Of a DNA stretch of 64,000 nt, positions 36,559 to 48,233 are shown one piece after another. Under the pieces are notes generated by a model. That model was not told the DNA's origin. It was given only the letters and a program-made list of their open reading frames with translations, and ran no database searches. The position numbers and the translations under genes were made by a program. The first letter of the stretch is position 1. Each line of letters starts with the position of its first letter. The stretch comes from Flavobacteriaceae bacterium EG-1 (GTDB taxonomy: Bacteria > Bacteroidota > Bacteroidia > Flavobacteriales > Flavobacteriaceae). The DNA is taken from assembly GCA_009649685.1 (NCBI GenBank), contig WJPK01000003.1:498506-562505 (forward strand), given 5' to 3'.

Positions 36559-37016
36559 TTTTGATTAAATTTAGTTTTACAATCTTCACATCGGTACTCA
36601 TATTTTGTGTAAAATGGTAATATTCCAAAAAGAAATCCAACTAAAAAAGACCCAAATGATTTTAAATCCTTAATATTAGTAAAATAGTTAACTTTCTCAC
36701 TATTACATTTAGGACAATGAATAGCGCCACCTGTATCATTTAAAGAATATGGGCTTATAGCCGCGAGAATTTCCTTGGCTGCAGCCTCATCTTCAGAGTA
36801 TACCTTTAATTTTACTCCTCCAATGGCATTACTCACCAATGGATCAGTATCAATAGTATTGTTATCAGTTAGAAACACTTCTATTCCTTCTGTTTCCAAA
36901 CGTCCCTTAAAAATTTGAGCTTCTGCAGAATATTGAAAAAGGGCTACAGTAGCAAATGTACTTTTTGTAACTTTCTCATGTAGATTTCTAACCGTCATCT
37001 TATTACCAATTATCAT
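36555..37016 (-). CDS. DUF2007-like domain protein with a C-terminal CxxC...CxxC zinc ribbon and a hydrophobic segment, encoded between bioF and bioD
   Basis: The 153-aa protein has CPKCNSEKV and CEDCKTKF pairs. The TM-like segment is FGSFLVGFLFGILPF. It overlaps the bioD start by 4 nt and sits 1 nt after bioF. Confidence 0.55.
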   Translation of the reverse strand: MIIGNKMTVRNLHEKVTKSTFATVALFQYSAEAQIFKGRLETEGIEVFLTDNNTIDTDPLVSNAIGGVKLKVYSEDEAAAKEILAAISPYSLNDTGGAIHCPKCNSEKVNYFTNIKDLKSFGSFLVGFLFGILPFYTKYEYRCEDCKTKFNQK

Positions 37017-37017
37017 G

Positions 37018-38187
37018 CTACATAAATTTAGCCAAAATACCTAAGCTTCTTGTTATTTCGACCTTAGAATTATAACTATGAATACAAAATCGAATTCGTT
37101 CTTTACCAGCGGGAATCGTTGGTGATAAAATAGGCTTTATATCAAAACCATCTTCTTTTAGTTTTTCAGCAAGAGTTTTTACACACTCATTTCCGGATAT
37201 CAAGGCACAATGAATCGAAGAATTACTTTGAATAAACAAACTTGTTAAGTTCATTCGCTGAACCTCTTGATTAAAAAAAGATATCTTTTCTTGTAATTGA
37301 ATTCTACTTTTTTTTCCTTTTTGAACATTCAAAAATTCTATTGCTACAACAATACTAGCAATCGCATGTGGAGCTAATGCCGTAGTATAAATAAAACTAC
37401 GAGCAAAATTTACTAAATATTCTATTAAACTAGAAGTTCCTAATACAGCAGCTCCATGACAACCAAAAGCTTTTCCAAAAGTTATAATTCGGGCAAACAC
37501 TTTATTTTCCAATCCTAATTGAGAAACAAGTCCATTTCCTTTCTCACCAAATACCCCAACAGAATGGGCTTCATCAACAATTAATCGTATCTGATTTTTC
37601 AGACAGAATTCAACAAATAAAAAAAGGTCAGGCGAATCACCATCCATTGAAAAAACAGCTTCAGTTACCAAATAAATATCAATAGGAGATTCCTCAATTG
37701 GACCAATTCTTTTTACTAAGTTCTGATACTTAAATTTTAAATCTTTAAGGTCATTATGTTTAAATTTTATACTTTTAGCATTTCCCAAATTAATACCATC
37801 TCGGATACTTGCATGAATAAACTCATCATAAAAAACAATATCACCCCGTTGTGGTACACTTGAAAAAAAACCAATATTAGCATCATAGCCTGAGTTAAAA
37901 ACCAAAGCAGCATCTGATTTAAAAAGATTAGCTAATCTCAATTCTAATTTTTTATACAGTGGGTGATTACCAGTTAATAATCGAGAACCAGTTGCACCGT
38001 TATTAATATTTTCAAACTGAGAAAGAAGCTTTGAAACGTCGTTTGAAAAGGATTTTTCTTTAGCAAAGCCTAAATAATCATTAGAAGAAAAATCAACTAA
38101 TCTTGATTCCTTAGATAATTCGCGCAACGAGCCATCTTCTGTTCGTTTGGTAAGTTTTAATTGTAATTTCTTTGGCAAATTAGACAT
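37018..38187 (-). CDS. bioF: 8-amino-7-oxononanoate synthase
   Basis: It has the alpha-oxoamine synthase PLP fold. Blocks SNDYLGF, DEAHSVGVFG and the SMDGD lysine region are present. The operon context supports the call. Confidence 0.85.
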   Translation of the reverse strand: MSNLPKKLQLKLTKRTEDGSLRELSKESRLVDFSSNDYLGFAKEKSFSNDVSKLLSQFENINNGATGSRLLTGNHPLYKKLELRLANLFKSDAALVFNSGYDANIGFFSSVPQRGDIVFYDEFIHASIRDGINLGNAKSIKFKHNDLKDLKFKYQNLVKRIGPIEESPIDIYLVTEAVFSMDGDSPDLFLFVEFCLKNQIRLIVDEAHSVGVFGEKGNGLVSQLGLENKVFARIITFGKAFGCHGAAVLGTSSLIEYLVNFARSFIYTTALAPHAIASIVVAIEFLNVQKGKKSRIQLQEKISFFNQEVQRMNLTSLFIQSNSSIHCALISGNECVKTLAEKLKEDGFDIKPILSPTIPAGKERIRFCIHSYNSKVEITRSLGILAKFM

Positions 38188-38296
38188 AAACCAAATTTAC
38201 CAACTTTATTAAGATACATGTGTAAAAGCATTCCGAACTTTAGAAAAATTAGTGATGCTCAAGAAAAAGATTGAATATTAAAAATTACTAATTCAA

Positions 38297-38881
38297 CTAT
38301 TCTATAACATTAAATTCAAAATCACTTGCAGTATGATTTATTAAACTATGCTTTATACTTATATGAATTTTATCATCAATAAAGGATCTATTTCCATTTA
38401 CTAGATAAACATTTTCAAAATCTAATTTAAAACGACCATTTTCGACCATAATAATTCCAACTTTAGAAATATATGCATCTTGAGCTTCATTAAGAATTGC
38501 AATAGTGTTATGATTGTGGTAGGAATAATAATTAAATGAATCACTTTGTTGAGCTATTAAGAATTGCGGGTCGATAGTTAGCGATTCGAAACGTTTTGAA
38601 AAATCTGAATATTTACTGACACCGAAAGAATACCCAAACTGCTTTTCATTTGTAGTTTCATATAAATCCAAAAGATTAATATACCCTTCTTCTTCCATAT
38701 ATCTGCTAAATTTAAGTTCAAAAATAACAGTGTCACCAACCTTATAATCTCTTGTATTCTCAAAAATAAAGCTGTCTTCTATAGTTAATCTAATATCTTC
38801 AAATCCATTATCATCATATGAAAAACAACCTATGAAGGTGAAACAAATCACTACCAAAATCAATTTATACATAATATTCAT
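38297..38881 (-). CDS. Hypothetical lipoprotein
   Basis: The lipobox is FIGCFS. There are no recognisable motifs. Confidence 0.5.
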   Translation of the reverse strand: MNIMYKLILVVICFTFIGCFSYDDNGFEDIRLTIEDSFIFENTRDYKVGDTVIFELKFSRYMEEEGYINLLDLYETTNEKQFGYSFGVSKYSDFSKRFESLTIDPQFLIAQQSDSFNYYSYHNHNTIAILNEAQDAYISKVGIIMVENGRFKLDFENVYLVNGNRSFIDDKIHISIKHSLINHTASDFEFNVIE

Positions 38882-38891
38882 AATCTATATT

Positions 38892-39476
38892 TTAAAATCT
38901 ATATCCAACTTTAATTCCAGTCCGAACTGCTGCTACATTTAACAAAATAAAATCAATATTGAAATTTGTACGAAGACCTATTTGTGCTTCAACAACCAAT
39001 TTTCTTTCCAAAAAAAGAAAGCGATAACCATACCCTGTACCTAGTCCTCCTACTGTATAATCTTTAACCCCAATATTATAAACTCCGTATCCAAATTCAT
39101 TTGTGGAACGAATAATTCTACCTCTTTCTTCAACCTTACTTAAAGACCCAAAAATTTCTATGAAGTGACTTTTATTCTGTGCTCCTTGAAAATAAATACG
39201 TGCAAAGGGCATAAGTTCAAATTTTGTATGATAATCGTAATTATCATAACTCGTATTTAACTCTTCTCCACGATTTCCGTAGAGGGCACCAGCTAACCCT
39301 ATTGCCCATTTATTAGCAATAGTACGTTCATAACTAATATCAAAACTCTCAAAAACAGGAAGTAATAGATTGGTTGAAATGTGATTTTTAAATTGCGAGA
39401 ATTTCTCTTTTTCTTGCCCATTTATATTTGAACAGGATATAAATATTAATAACAGAGACAACACATTATTTCTCAT
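38892..39476 (-). CDS. Putative small outer-membrane beta-barrel protein
   Basis: It has a signal peptide and alternating strands. The C-terminus is GIKVGYRF. Confidence 0.5.
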   Translation of the reverse strand: MRNNVLSLLLIFISCSNINGQEKEKFSQFKNHISTNLLLPVFESFDISYERTIANKWAIGLAGALYGNRGEELNTSYDNYDYHTKFELMPFARIYFQGAQNKSHFIEIFGSLSKVEERGRIIRSTNEFGYGVYNIGVKDYTVGGLGTGYGYRFLFLERKLVVEAQIGLRTNFNIDFILLNVAAVRTGIKVGYRF

Positions 39477-39540
39477 TATGTATTTTATGTAAACCTTATA
39501 ATGAAGATGAGGAAAAGCGAAAAGGTTGCTTTAATAATTA

Positions 39541-39580
39541 AAAACAAAAAGCCATTTACATAATGCAAATGGCTTTTAAA
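39541..39580 (-). terminator. Terminator after atpC
   Basis: The stem AAAGCCATTT/AAATGGCTTT is followed on the minus strand by TTTTTGTTTT. Confidence 0.75.
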
Positions 39581-39598
39581 AATTATAAAGATCTTTAA

Positions 39599-39877
39599 TT
39601 AATCAGCTAACACAATAACCTTATTTTCGCTCATTTCTACAGTACCACTAGAAATAGCAAGCACAAATTCACCTTTAGAACCTTTAGTAAATTTAGTTTC
39701 ATGTTCCTCTTCAAGTGTTACATTACCTTGAAATGAAACATTTCCTTCTTGCAATAATGAAACTATAGCAGCGTGATTATTCAGCATTTGAAACTCACCT
39801 TCTACTCCTGGTACAGTTACCGAGGTAACTTCTCCTGAGAATAAAGTAGCTTCTGGTGAAACGATTTCTAAATACAT
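39599..39877 (-). CDS. atpC: F0F1 ATP synthase epsilon subunit
   Basis: MYLEIVSPEATLFSGEV is the canonical N-terminus. It lies directly downstream of atpD. Confidence 0.9.
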   Translation of the reverse strand: MYLEIVSPEATLFSGEVTSVTVPGVEGEFQMLNNHAAIVSLLQEGNVSFQGNVTLEEEHETKFTKGSKGEFVLAISSGTVEMSENKVIVLAD

Positions 39878-39907
39878 TACTTATACGGTATTAAATGGTA
39901 ATATTAA

Positions 39908-41419
<1,512 letters not shown>

Positions 41420-41555
41420 CTACTTATTTTTTATTTAGGATTAAAGGCTTCTGATGCAAGAACTTCCATAAACAACAGAAGCATCCTTTTTTCAGGCTGC
41501 AAATATAAGATTTCAATCTCATATAAGAAACTCCATATTAATTTTTTTATACATT

Positions 41556-41584
41556 AAAAAAGCCTTCGATTGAAGGCTTTAAAA
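41556..41584 (-). terminator. Terminator after the SGNH lipoprotein gene
   Basis: The stem AAAGCCTTC/GAAGGCTTT with loop GATT is followed by a U-run on the minus strand. Confidence 0.75.
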
Positions 41585-41606
41585 TATATAGAAATTGAAT
41601 TCAATA

Positions 41607-43226
41607 TTATTGTAAGCTGACTGAATAGTTTGTTGGATAGTCTATAATATTCAAAAGCGATTCTGAACTTTCAAAGTTGGACCCATAAGTTGCATCAATC
41701 GCTTTTAAAAATTGATTAGCTAATATGGCATAACCCTTTGCAGTTGGATGAACTCCATCTAAACTAAAAGCCCCACCAGTTACCAAATCAGATGTTAATA
41801 TAAAATCACCATCGGCTATTCCACCGTTTGCAATTTGTTTCATTAATGAATTAGCATCCACAAATGCCAAACCTGCACCATCTGCTGCAGATTTAATCGT
41901 GACATTAAATTCATCAGTAGCTGTGTTTAAAACTGCTTGCTCCTCAGGGGTAAGCACCCATTTATCACCCAATGGCAAGGTTACTCCATTTGCAGAAAAC
42001 TGTCCAGCTAAATTTATTGGAAGCCCTTGATCCATTAATGCTGCTATATTATCGTTATCAATTGTAGCAATAAAATTACTACTCGGCAAAACCAACAAAT
42101 CACTTTCAGTGGCTTGCCTTGCTTGTCCATAAGTCTGGCCTAGCAATCCTGCAACCAAAGGTGCAGCTTGCTCAGGCAAACCTAATGACACTACAAAAGC
42201 CTTAAATTCAGCGCTACCACCTAGAGCACCAGCAATTTGAACTGTCAAATCATCAAGATTTTCATCTAAGATTACAACACCACTAGCTTCAGTTTCAGAA
42301 AATTCTATTATTCTATTTGTTTCACCTAAAGCTGTAAAAACTTGATTTATTGCTCCAAAAACCGAATTAAGGGTAGGAATCTGCGGTGCAAAATCAGGGT
42401 TTGCCGGATCCAAAGGATTATAAGGTACCGTAGTAAAGTGGGGAATAGTCGCCACATAAGGTATATTAGCTATAACACCTTTAGCACCTCCTGAAGTTAA
42501 TCCTGCCACTAGCGCACTAATTGCAGCATCAAACTGTGCTTTTGGAGTTATAGGATCTGTTTCATCACCACCAGAGGTAGCAAAACCTAAAACATCATTA
42601 TTTCCAGCCCATAGGGTGAAAAAGGTTGGGTTCTGCGCCATAGCCATTTCTAATATAGAAGCGTCTGGAGTAGTGCCTGTCATACGCACAAAATACGGAC
42701 TTGCATTTGGCAAATTAGCTGGGTTACCATAACCTGGAAAAACCATATGAATTGCTTTCGCTCCTGGAACCCCCATATTATTAAATGGTCCGGATGGATT
42801 ATTTACAAATATATCTGTTGTGGGTATTGCACCTGGGTTTAATTCAATTAACCGTTGCGGACCTGTACCATTAAAAACAAAGCGTGTTTCTTGAATTTGA
42901 CCTCCACCTGCTAACAATCCTCCAAAATTATCATTCATTAATGGTTGAATAAAAGCACCACCTCCAACAAGTGCAAACTTATTAGCCAACATATTAGTCA
43001 TAGAATTTTCTTGACTTGCCTTAAACAAGGCACCATCCGTATAACCAGCAGTTAATGAATTACCAACAGCAACATAATTTGAAAAGTCAGCAGAACCAGC
43101 GGTTAATGCCGGAGCTTCCGCTTCTACAATTTCTTCCCCTTCCACCTCAACTATCACATCTTCCGGTTCGTTACAGGCATTAAAACCCACAAGAAGACCT
43201 ATTAAACCTATATATCTTAATTTCAT
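41607..43226 (-). CDS. SGNH/GDSL-hydrolase-like surface lipoprotein
   Basis: The lipobox LVGFNAC indicates the start is at 43226, not the track start at 43256. The GDSL block is VAVGNSLTAG. A Gly/Ala-rich central region is present. Confidence 0.7.
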   Translation of the reverse strand: MKLRYIGLIGLLVGFNACNEPEDVIVEVEGEEIVEAEAPALTAGSADFSNYVAVGNSLTAGYTDGALFKASQENSMTNMLANKFALVGGGAFIQPLMNDNFGGLLAGGGQIQETRFVFNGTGPQRLIELNPGAIPTTDIFVNNPSGPFNNMGVPGAKAIHMVFPGYGNPANLPNASPYFVRMTGTTPDASILEMAMAQNPTFFTLWAGNNDVLGFATSGGDETDPITPKAQFDAAISALVAGLTSGGAKGVIANIPYVATIPHFTTVPYNPLDPANPDFAPQIPTLNSVFGAINQVFTALGETNRIIEFSETEASGVVILDENLDDLTVQIAGALGGSAEFKAFVVSLGLPEQAAPLVAGLLGQTYGQARQATESDLLVLPSSNFIATIDNDNIAALMDQGLPINLAGQFSANGVTLPLGDKWVLTPEEQAVLNTATDEFNVTIKSAADGAGLAFVDANSLMKQIANGGIADGDFILTSDLVTGGAFSLDGVHPTAKGYAILANQFLKAIDATYGSNFESSESLLNIIDYPTNYSVSLQ

Positions 43227-43268
43227 TGTCTTATTTTTTATGTTTTTAAAACTCATGCTTAACCAATT

Positions 43269-46019
43269 TTAATTATTAATTATCCATGAGGCGTAATACA
43301 TAGAACCTATAAACCCTGTTCCAAAAGCAGTAAAGTACTCTTTACCTCCTAAATTTGTACCACCTATTTTAAATGTTGATTTTATCTTAGGAACATTGAA
43401 GTTGATTTGCGCATCTACAGTATGAAATTCTGGTACTAGACCATTACCAAAGGTTGCTTCCCAATAATAATCATCACTAAACCTATAGGCAACATTAAAA
43501 CCTACATTTTTAAATACCTCAGCATTTCCAAAGGAAGCTTTAAATTTATGTTCTGGAGTATTAAAATTCGTTGTAAAATCAGGGTACAATTCTCGATCAA
43601 AATCTAACTTAGAATAAGTATAACTACCTGTTAAATTGTAATTACCAAAAACTTTCATTCCTAATTCTATAGAGGCACCATATGAATTTACATCGGCCTT
43701 AGAATTCGTATAAGAGCTATATGCCTGATAATCTCCATTTGCAATGGCAGCAACAGACAAGGCACCATCACCAACAGTACCATATAAAGGCGATACAACT
43801 ACTTCTTGTGATATAAAATCTTTAAACCTATTATAGTATGCACTAAAATCTATCGTTAATTTATTCACTTTACCCCTATAGCCTATTTCTGAAGAAGTCA
43901 CTTGTTCGGGTTTTATTAAACTGGGATTAGAAACTTGTAGGTCAGCAGGGTTACCTGTCTCACCCAAGGTAGCCACAGAAGAAGCAGTATATGAATTTTC
44001 ATAAGCCGCTCTACCTGTTTGTTCTACGGTTGCGGGAACACCTAGTTGCTGTCCACTATCACTTATACTATAAGTTCTAGAATATCGATCGAGGTTGTCT
44101 GGTGCTCCACCAACTAAAATAGCTCGGCCAGCATTAAGACCTATAAATAAATCTTGAGTGGTAGGGTTACGAAAACCAGTTTGCACGGATGCTCGTATAT
44201 TATGATTTCGATTAAGCGTAAACCCAGCAGATATACGTGGAGAAACAAATCCATCGAAAAATTCAGATTTGTCATAACGTGCAGATCCTGTTAATTTTAT
44301 AGACTTTTCATTTTTTAATGGAATCGTTTTTTGAATTTGAGTATAAATTCCATATTCGGAGTAATCAATTGGCCCATCATAATCAGTATAAATATTTCCA
44401 GCAGAATTTAAATTGTATTTACGATAGGATCCTCCCACTTGAATATCAGCAATATCAATTAAGTGGCTAAAATTATAATTGGCATCGGCATGATAATATT
44501 TAGATGCATCAAAGAATTTAGAACCTGTTGTTAAATCAGGATCATTAATACTTTTTTGAAAAGCGGCTTCAAATTCAGGTGTACCTGGCTCATAACGTCC
44601 TGTATCTGCTACTTGGCGTGCTTGCGCATGTTTTTGAGCTTCTGTTAAATTCGCGCCGGACAAAGTCAAACCTGCATACGTTTCAATATATTCACCAAAC
44701 CAATCCTCATTAGATTTCCAAGCACTGTTAATATTAATGCCAGTAAAAACCATATCATATGATTTACCAGCTTTATCTGCTACTACGTATCCTCTAACAA
44801 AGAAATTGTCATTACGAATTTCCAACTTATGTTGTTGCTGAAAAAAGTCTTTAATATTATATCTGTTAGTTCCTTGATAAATTGTATTACCAGTTCCTAC
44901 TTTACCAACATAAGATATTTCAAAGTCTGTTTCCCACGGTCGATAATATAGTCCCCAATCAGCCTTAACACTTTCTGCATTATAATCAGTTAAATCTCTT
45001 TCATTATAACCTGTTCTACTAACTACTACATCAGGAATGACTCCTAAACCAGAGGCTGCACGAATATTTGTAGAAACCTCATCTCCATACACATTAATTC
45101 CATCATAATTATAATCTGCACGAGTTCCACCCTCAGTAGTTTTATCCACCTCACTAGTTGCAGCCCAGTCGGTACCTTTTAAATACCCAAAGTTCACCTT
45201 TCCCGCAAATTTCTCACTAAATTTATATGCAGCTCTTATACCAACATCGGTATAAGAATTATTACCAGCAGCATCTTGAACGGTTACCCCTCTTTTTACG
45301 CTAGCACTAAGCCCCTGATAATCGAAAGGATTTTTACTACGCATGAATAAAATACCATTAAATGCGTTCGCCCCATATAGCGCAGAAGAGGCACCAGGGA
45401 GAATCTCAACACTTTGTACATCGGTTTCCACCATACCAACTAGGTTCCCTATCGGAAAATTTAAAGCAGGTGTCGAATTATCCATACCGTCTACTAATTG
45501 CATAAATCTGTTATTTGCAAATGTGGCAAACCCACGAGTATTTACAGATTTAAATGTTAAACTATTCGTATTTACATCAACACCTTTTAGATTTTCAAGT
45601 CCATCATAAAAATCAGCTGAAGCTGTATTTTTAATTTCTTGTAGTCCAAAACGCTCAACAGTTACAGGAGATTCAAATATACGTTCAGGAGTTCGTGAGG
45701 CTGAAATAACTACCTCATCTAAAAAAGTTTGAGCTTCATTTAACGTAATAGATAAAGTCTGATTATTAGAAGTCACGTCAACTAAAGTCTCTGAATAACC
45801 AATACTTGTAATTTGCAATTGAAAAGGAGGTATTTCATCCGTTTGCAAAGTAAAATTGCCATCAAAATCGGTAGTTGTTCCAATAGCTTTTCCGCTAATT
45901 ACGATATTAGCACCTGGCACAGGCTGTTCATTATCATCAATAACGGTACCTGAAATTGTTGTTTGCGCTATTGCAAATGTCCCCAGCAACAGCAGGGGAA
46001 TTAAAAGAGCTGTTCGCAT
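43269..46019 (-). CDS. TonB-dependent receptor with an N-terminal carboxypeptidase-regulatory-like domain
   Basis: The CarbopepD_reg block is TISGTVIDDNEQPVPGANIVI...DFDGNFTL. It is followed by plug and barrel regions. The protein is 916 aa. Confidence 0.9.
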   Translation of the reverse strand: MRTALLIPLLLLGTFAIAQTTISGTVIDDNEQPVPGANIVISGKAIGTTTDFDGNFTLQTDEIPPFQLQITSIGYSETLVDVTSNNQTLSITLNEAQTFLDEVVISASRTPERIFESPVTVERFGLQEIKNTASADFYDGLENLKGVDVNTNSLTFKSVNTRGFATFANNRFMQLVDGMDNSTPALNFPIGNLVGMVETDVQSVEILPGASSALYGANAFNGILFMRSKNPFDYQGLSASVKRGVTVQDAAGNNSYTDVGIRAAYKFSEKFAGKVNFGYLKGTDWAATSEVDKTTEGGTRADYNYDGINVYGDEVSTNIRAASGLGVIPDVVVSRTGYNERDLTDYNAESVKADWGLYYRPWETDFEISYVGKVGTGNTIYQGTNRYNIKDFFQQQHKLEIRNDNFFVRGYVVADKAGKSYDMVFTGININSAWKSNEDWFGEYIETYAGLTLSGANLTEAQKHAQARQVADTGRYEPGTPEFEAAFQKSINDPDLTTGSKFFDASKYYHADANYNFSHLIDIADIQVGGSYRKYNLNSAGNIYTDYDGPIDYSEYGIYTQIQKTIPLKNEKSIKLTGSARYDKSEFFDGFVSPRISAGFTLNRNHNIRASVQTGFRNPTTQDLFIGLNAGRAILVGGAPDNLDRYSRTYSISDSGQQLGVPATVEQTGRAAYENSYTASSVATLGETGNPADLQVSNPSLIKPEQVTSSEIGYRGKVNKLTIDFSAYYNRFKDFISQEVVVSPLYGTVGDGALSVAAIANGDYQAYSSYTNSKADVNSYGASIELGMKVFGNYNLTGSYTYSKLDFDRELYPDFTTNFNTPEHKFKASFGNAEVFKNVGFNVAYRFSDDYYWEATFGNGLVPEFHTVDAQINFNVPKIKSTFKIGGTNLGGKEYFTAFGTGFIGSMYYASWIINN

Positions 46020-46166
46020 ATTATGTTTAAGTTATGTTAGTTACTAAGTCTACTGCAAGATACCTAATTTTCGTATTGATAAGTACTAAAATGAAAAAAA
46101 TTATGCATGCATAGTATTTATTTCTCATTTTTTAACATATTTAAAAGCGAATTTGACAATAATATA

Positions 46167-46198
46167 CAAAAAAAGACCTTGTAAAATAACAAGGTCTT
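46167..46198 (-). terminator. Terminator after glmS
   Basis: The stem AAGACCTTG/CAAGGTCTT is followed by a 7-U run on the minus strand. Confidence 0.8.
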
Positions 46199-46221
46199 AA
46201 TTTTGTAAGATTTGTAGTTAC

Positions 46222-48069
46222 TTATTCGACAGTAACCGATTTTGCTAAATTTCTTGGTTGATCAACATTGCAATTTCTCATTACTGCTATGTGATACGAT
46301 AACAATTGTAATGGAATAGTTGTCAACAAAGGGGTCAACGACTCAAATGTTTCAGGAATTTCAATACAATGATCAGCAAGCTCTTTAACTTGTTCATCAC
46401 CCTCTGTAACAATTGCAATTATTTTACCCTTTCTAGATTTAATTTCTTGAATATTACTCACTACTTTTTCATAGTGACCTTTATTTGTAGCAATTACAAA
46501 CACTGGCATTTGTTCGTCAATAAGGGCAATAGGACCATGCTTCATTTCAGCTGCAGGATATCCTTCTGCATGTATATAACTTATTTCTTTAAGTTTCAAT
46601 GCTCCTTCTAATGCTACTGGAAAATTATATCCTCTTCCTAAATAAAGACAATTTGTAGAGTCTTTGTAAACATCAGAAATTATTTCGATAAGCGAATTCG
46701 ATTCTAGCGCTTTTTCTACTTTCGCTGGAATAGTTTCAAGTTCTGTTAAATATTCACGAAATTGAACATCAGTAAAAAGTTCTTTCTCCTTAGCTAAGTT
46801 TAGGGCCAATAAGGTTAAGACAGTAATCTGAGTAGTAAACGCTTTTGTAGAGGCAACTCCTATTTCAGGACCAGCATGGGTATATGCACCGGCATGAGTT
46901 TCTCTTGCAATAGATGAACCAACAACATTACATACACCAAAAACAAAAGCTCCATTTTCTTTCGCTAATTTAATTGCCGCAAGAGTATCTGCAGTTTCGC
47001 CTGATTGTGAAATAGCAATTACAACATCATCCTTATTAATTACAGGATTTCTATATCTAAACTCAGAAGCATACTCTACTTCAACAGGAATACGTGTTAA
47101 GTTTTCAAATATATATTCCGCTACCAATCCTGCGTGCCATGAGGTACCACAAGCAACAATAATAATCCTGTTGGCGTTTAAGAATTTATCTAAGTGTTGA
47201 TCTATACCGGCCATTTTTACTATACCTTGCTCGGCCAATAATCGACCTCTATATGTATCTAAAATAGCTCTAGGTTGTTCATATATTTCCTTCAGCATAA
47301 AATGATCAAAGCCACCTTTTTCAATTTCCTCAATATTCATTTGCAACTCTAGAATATTAGGATAAGCAACAGCATCATTTTTAATTTTACGAAGTTTAAT
47401 TTCTTTACCTAATCGAACAATTGCCATTTCTTCATCTTCGAGATAAACAGCATTGTTCGTAAACTCTATAAATGGTGAAGCATCAGAAGCTATAAAAAAT
47501 TCATTTTCACCTATACCAATAGCTAGCGGGCTACCTAATTTAGCAACTACAATTTCATCTGGCTTATTCTTATCGAAAACAGCAATTGCATATGCACCAA
47601 CTACCTCATTAAGTGCAATTTGAACTGCTTGACCCAACATTACATTTTCTTTGGACTTTACTTCTTCAATTAAATTTACCAAAACTTCGGTATCGGTATC
47701 AGATTCAAAAGTATAGCCCCTTTTTATAAGCTCTTTCTTTATTGATTCATAATTCTCAATAATTCCATTATGAATTATTACCAAATCACCTGAATTTGAA
47801 TAATGAGGATGAGAATTTATATCGTTAGGCACACCATGGGTTGCCCATCTTGTATGGCCTATTCCTAGGTTTCCATTAAGAGAAATTTCGAGCTTAGATT
47901 TTTTCTTTAAATCTTCGACTTTACCTTTGGTTTTGCAAAGATTTACAGTATTACCATCATACAATGCAATACCAGCACTATCATACCCTCTGTACTCTAA
48001 GCGTTCTAACCCTTTTATAATTACCGGATAAGCATCTCTATGACCAATATATCCAACTATTCCACACAT
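46222..48069 (-). CDS. glmS: Glutamine-fructose-6-phosphate aminotransferase
   Basis: MCGIVGYIG is the N-terminal nucleophile. Two SIS domains are present. The C-terminus is VTVE. Confidence 0.97.
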   Translation of the reverse strand: MCGIVGYIGHRDAYPVIIKGLERLEYRGYDSAGIALYDGNTVNLCKTKGKVEDLKKKSKLEISLNGNLGIGHTRWATHGVPNDINSHPHYSNSGDLVIIHNGIIENYESIKKELIKRGYTFESDTDTEVLVNLIEEVKSKENVMLGQAVQIALNEVVGAYAIAVFDKNKPDEIVVAKLGSPLAIGIGENEFFIASDASPFIEFTNNAVYLEDEEMAIVRLGKEIKLRKIKNDAVAYPNILELQMNIEEIEKGGFDHFMLKEIYEQPRAILDTYRGRLLAEQGIVKMAGIDQHLDKFLNANRIIIVACGTSWHAGLVAEYIFENLTRIPVEVEYASEFRYRNPVINKDDVVIAISQSGETADTLAAIKLAKENGAFVFGVCNVVGSSIARETHAGAYTHAGPEIGVASTKAFTTQITVLTLLALNLAKEKELFTDVQFREYLTELETIPAKVEKALESNSLIEIISDVYKDSTNCLYLGRGYNFPVALEGALKLKEISYIHAEGYPAAEMKHGPIALIDEQMPVFVIATNKGHYEKVVSNIQEIKSRKGKIIAIVTEGDEQVKELADHCIEIPETFESLTPLLTTIPLQLLSYHIAVMRNCNVDQPRNLAKSVTVE

Positions 48070-48233
48070 ACAGTTTATTTCTTTGTTGTAAAATTTTTAT
48101 TACAAATTTATATTAAGAATAAAAATAAAGAACCTTATTCTAGAAATAGAACGGAATTTATCGGTGAGTGGTATATTAACAACAAAAAAAGAAGACTTAG
48201 CATTAACAAAATAGGATGTTTTTAAAATACTTC

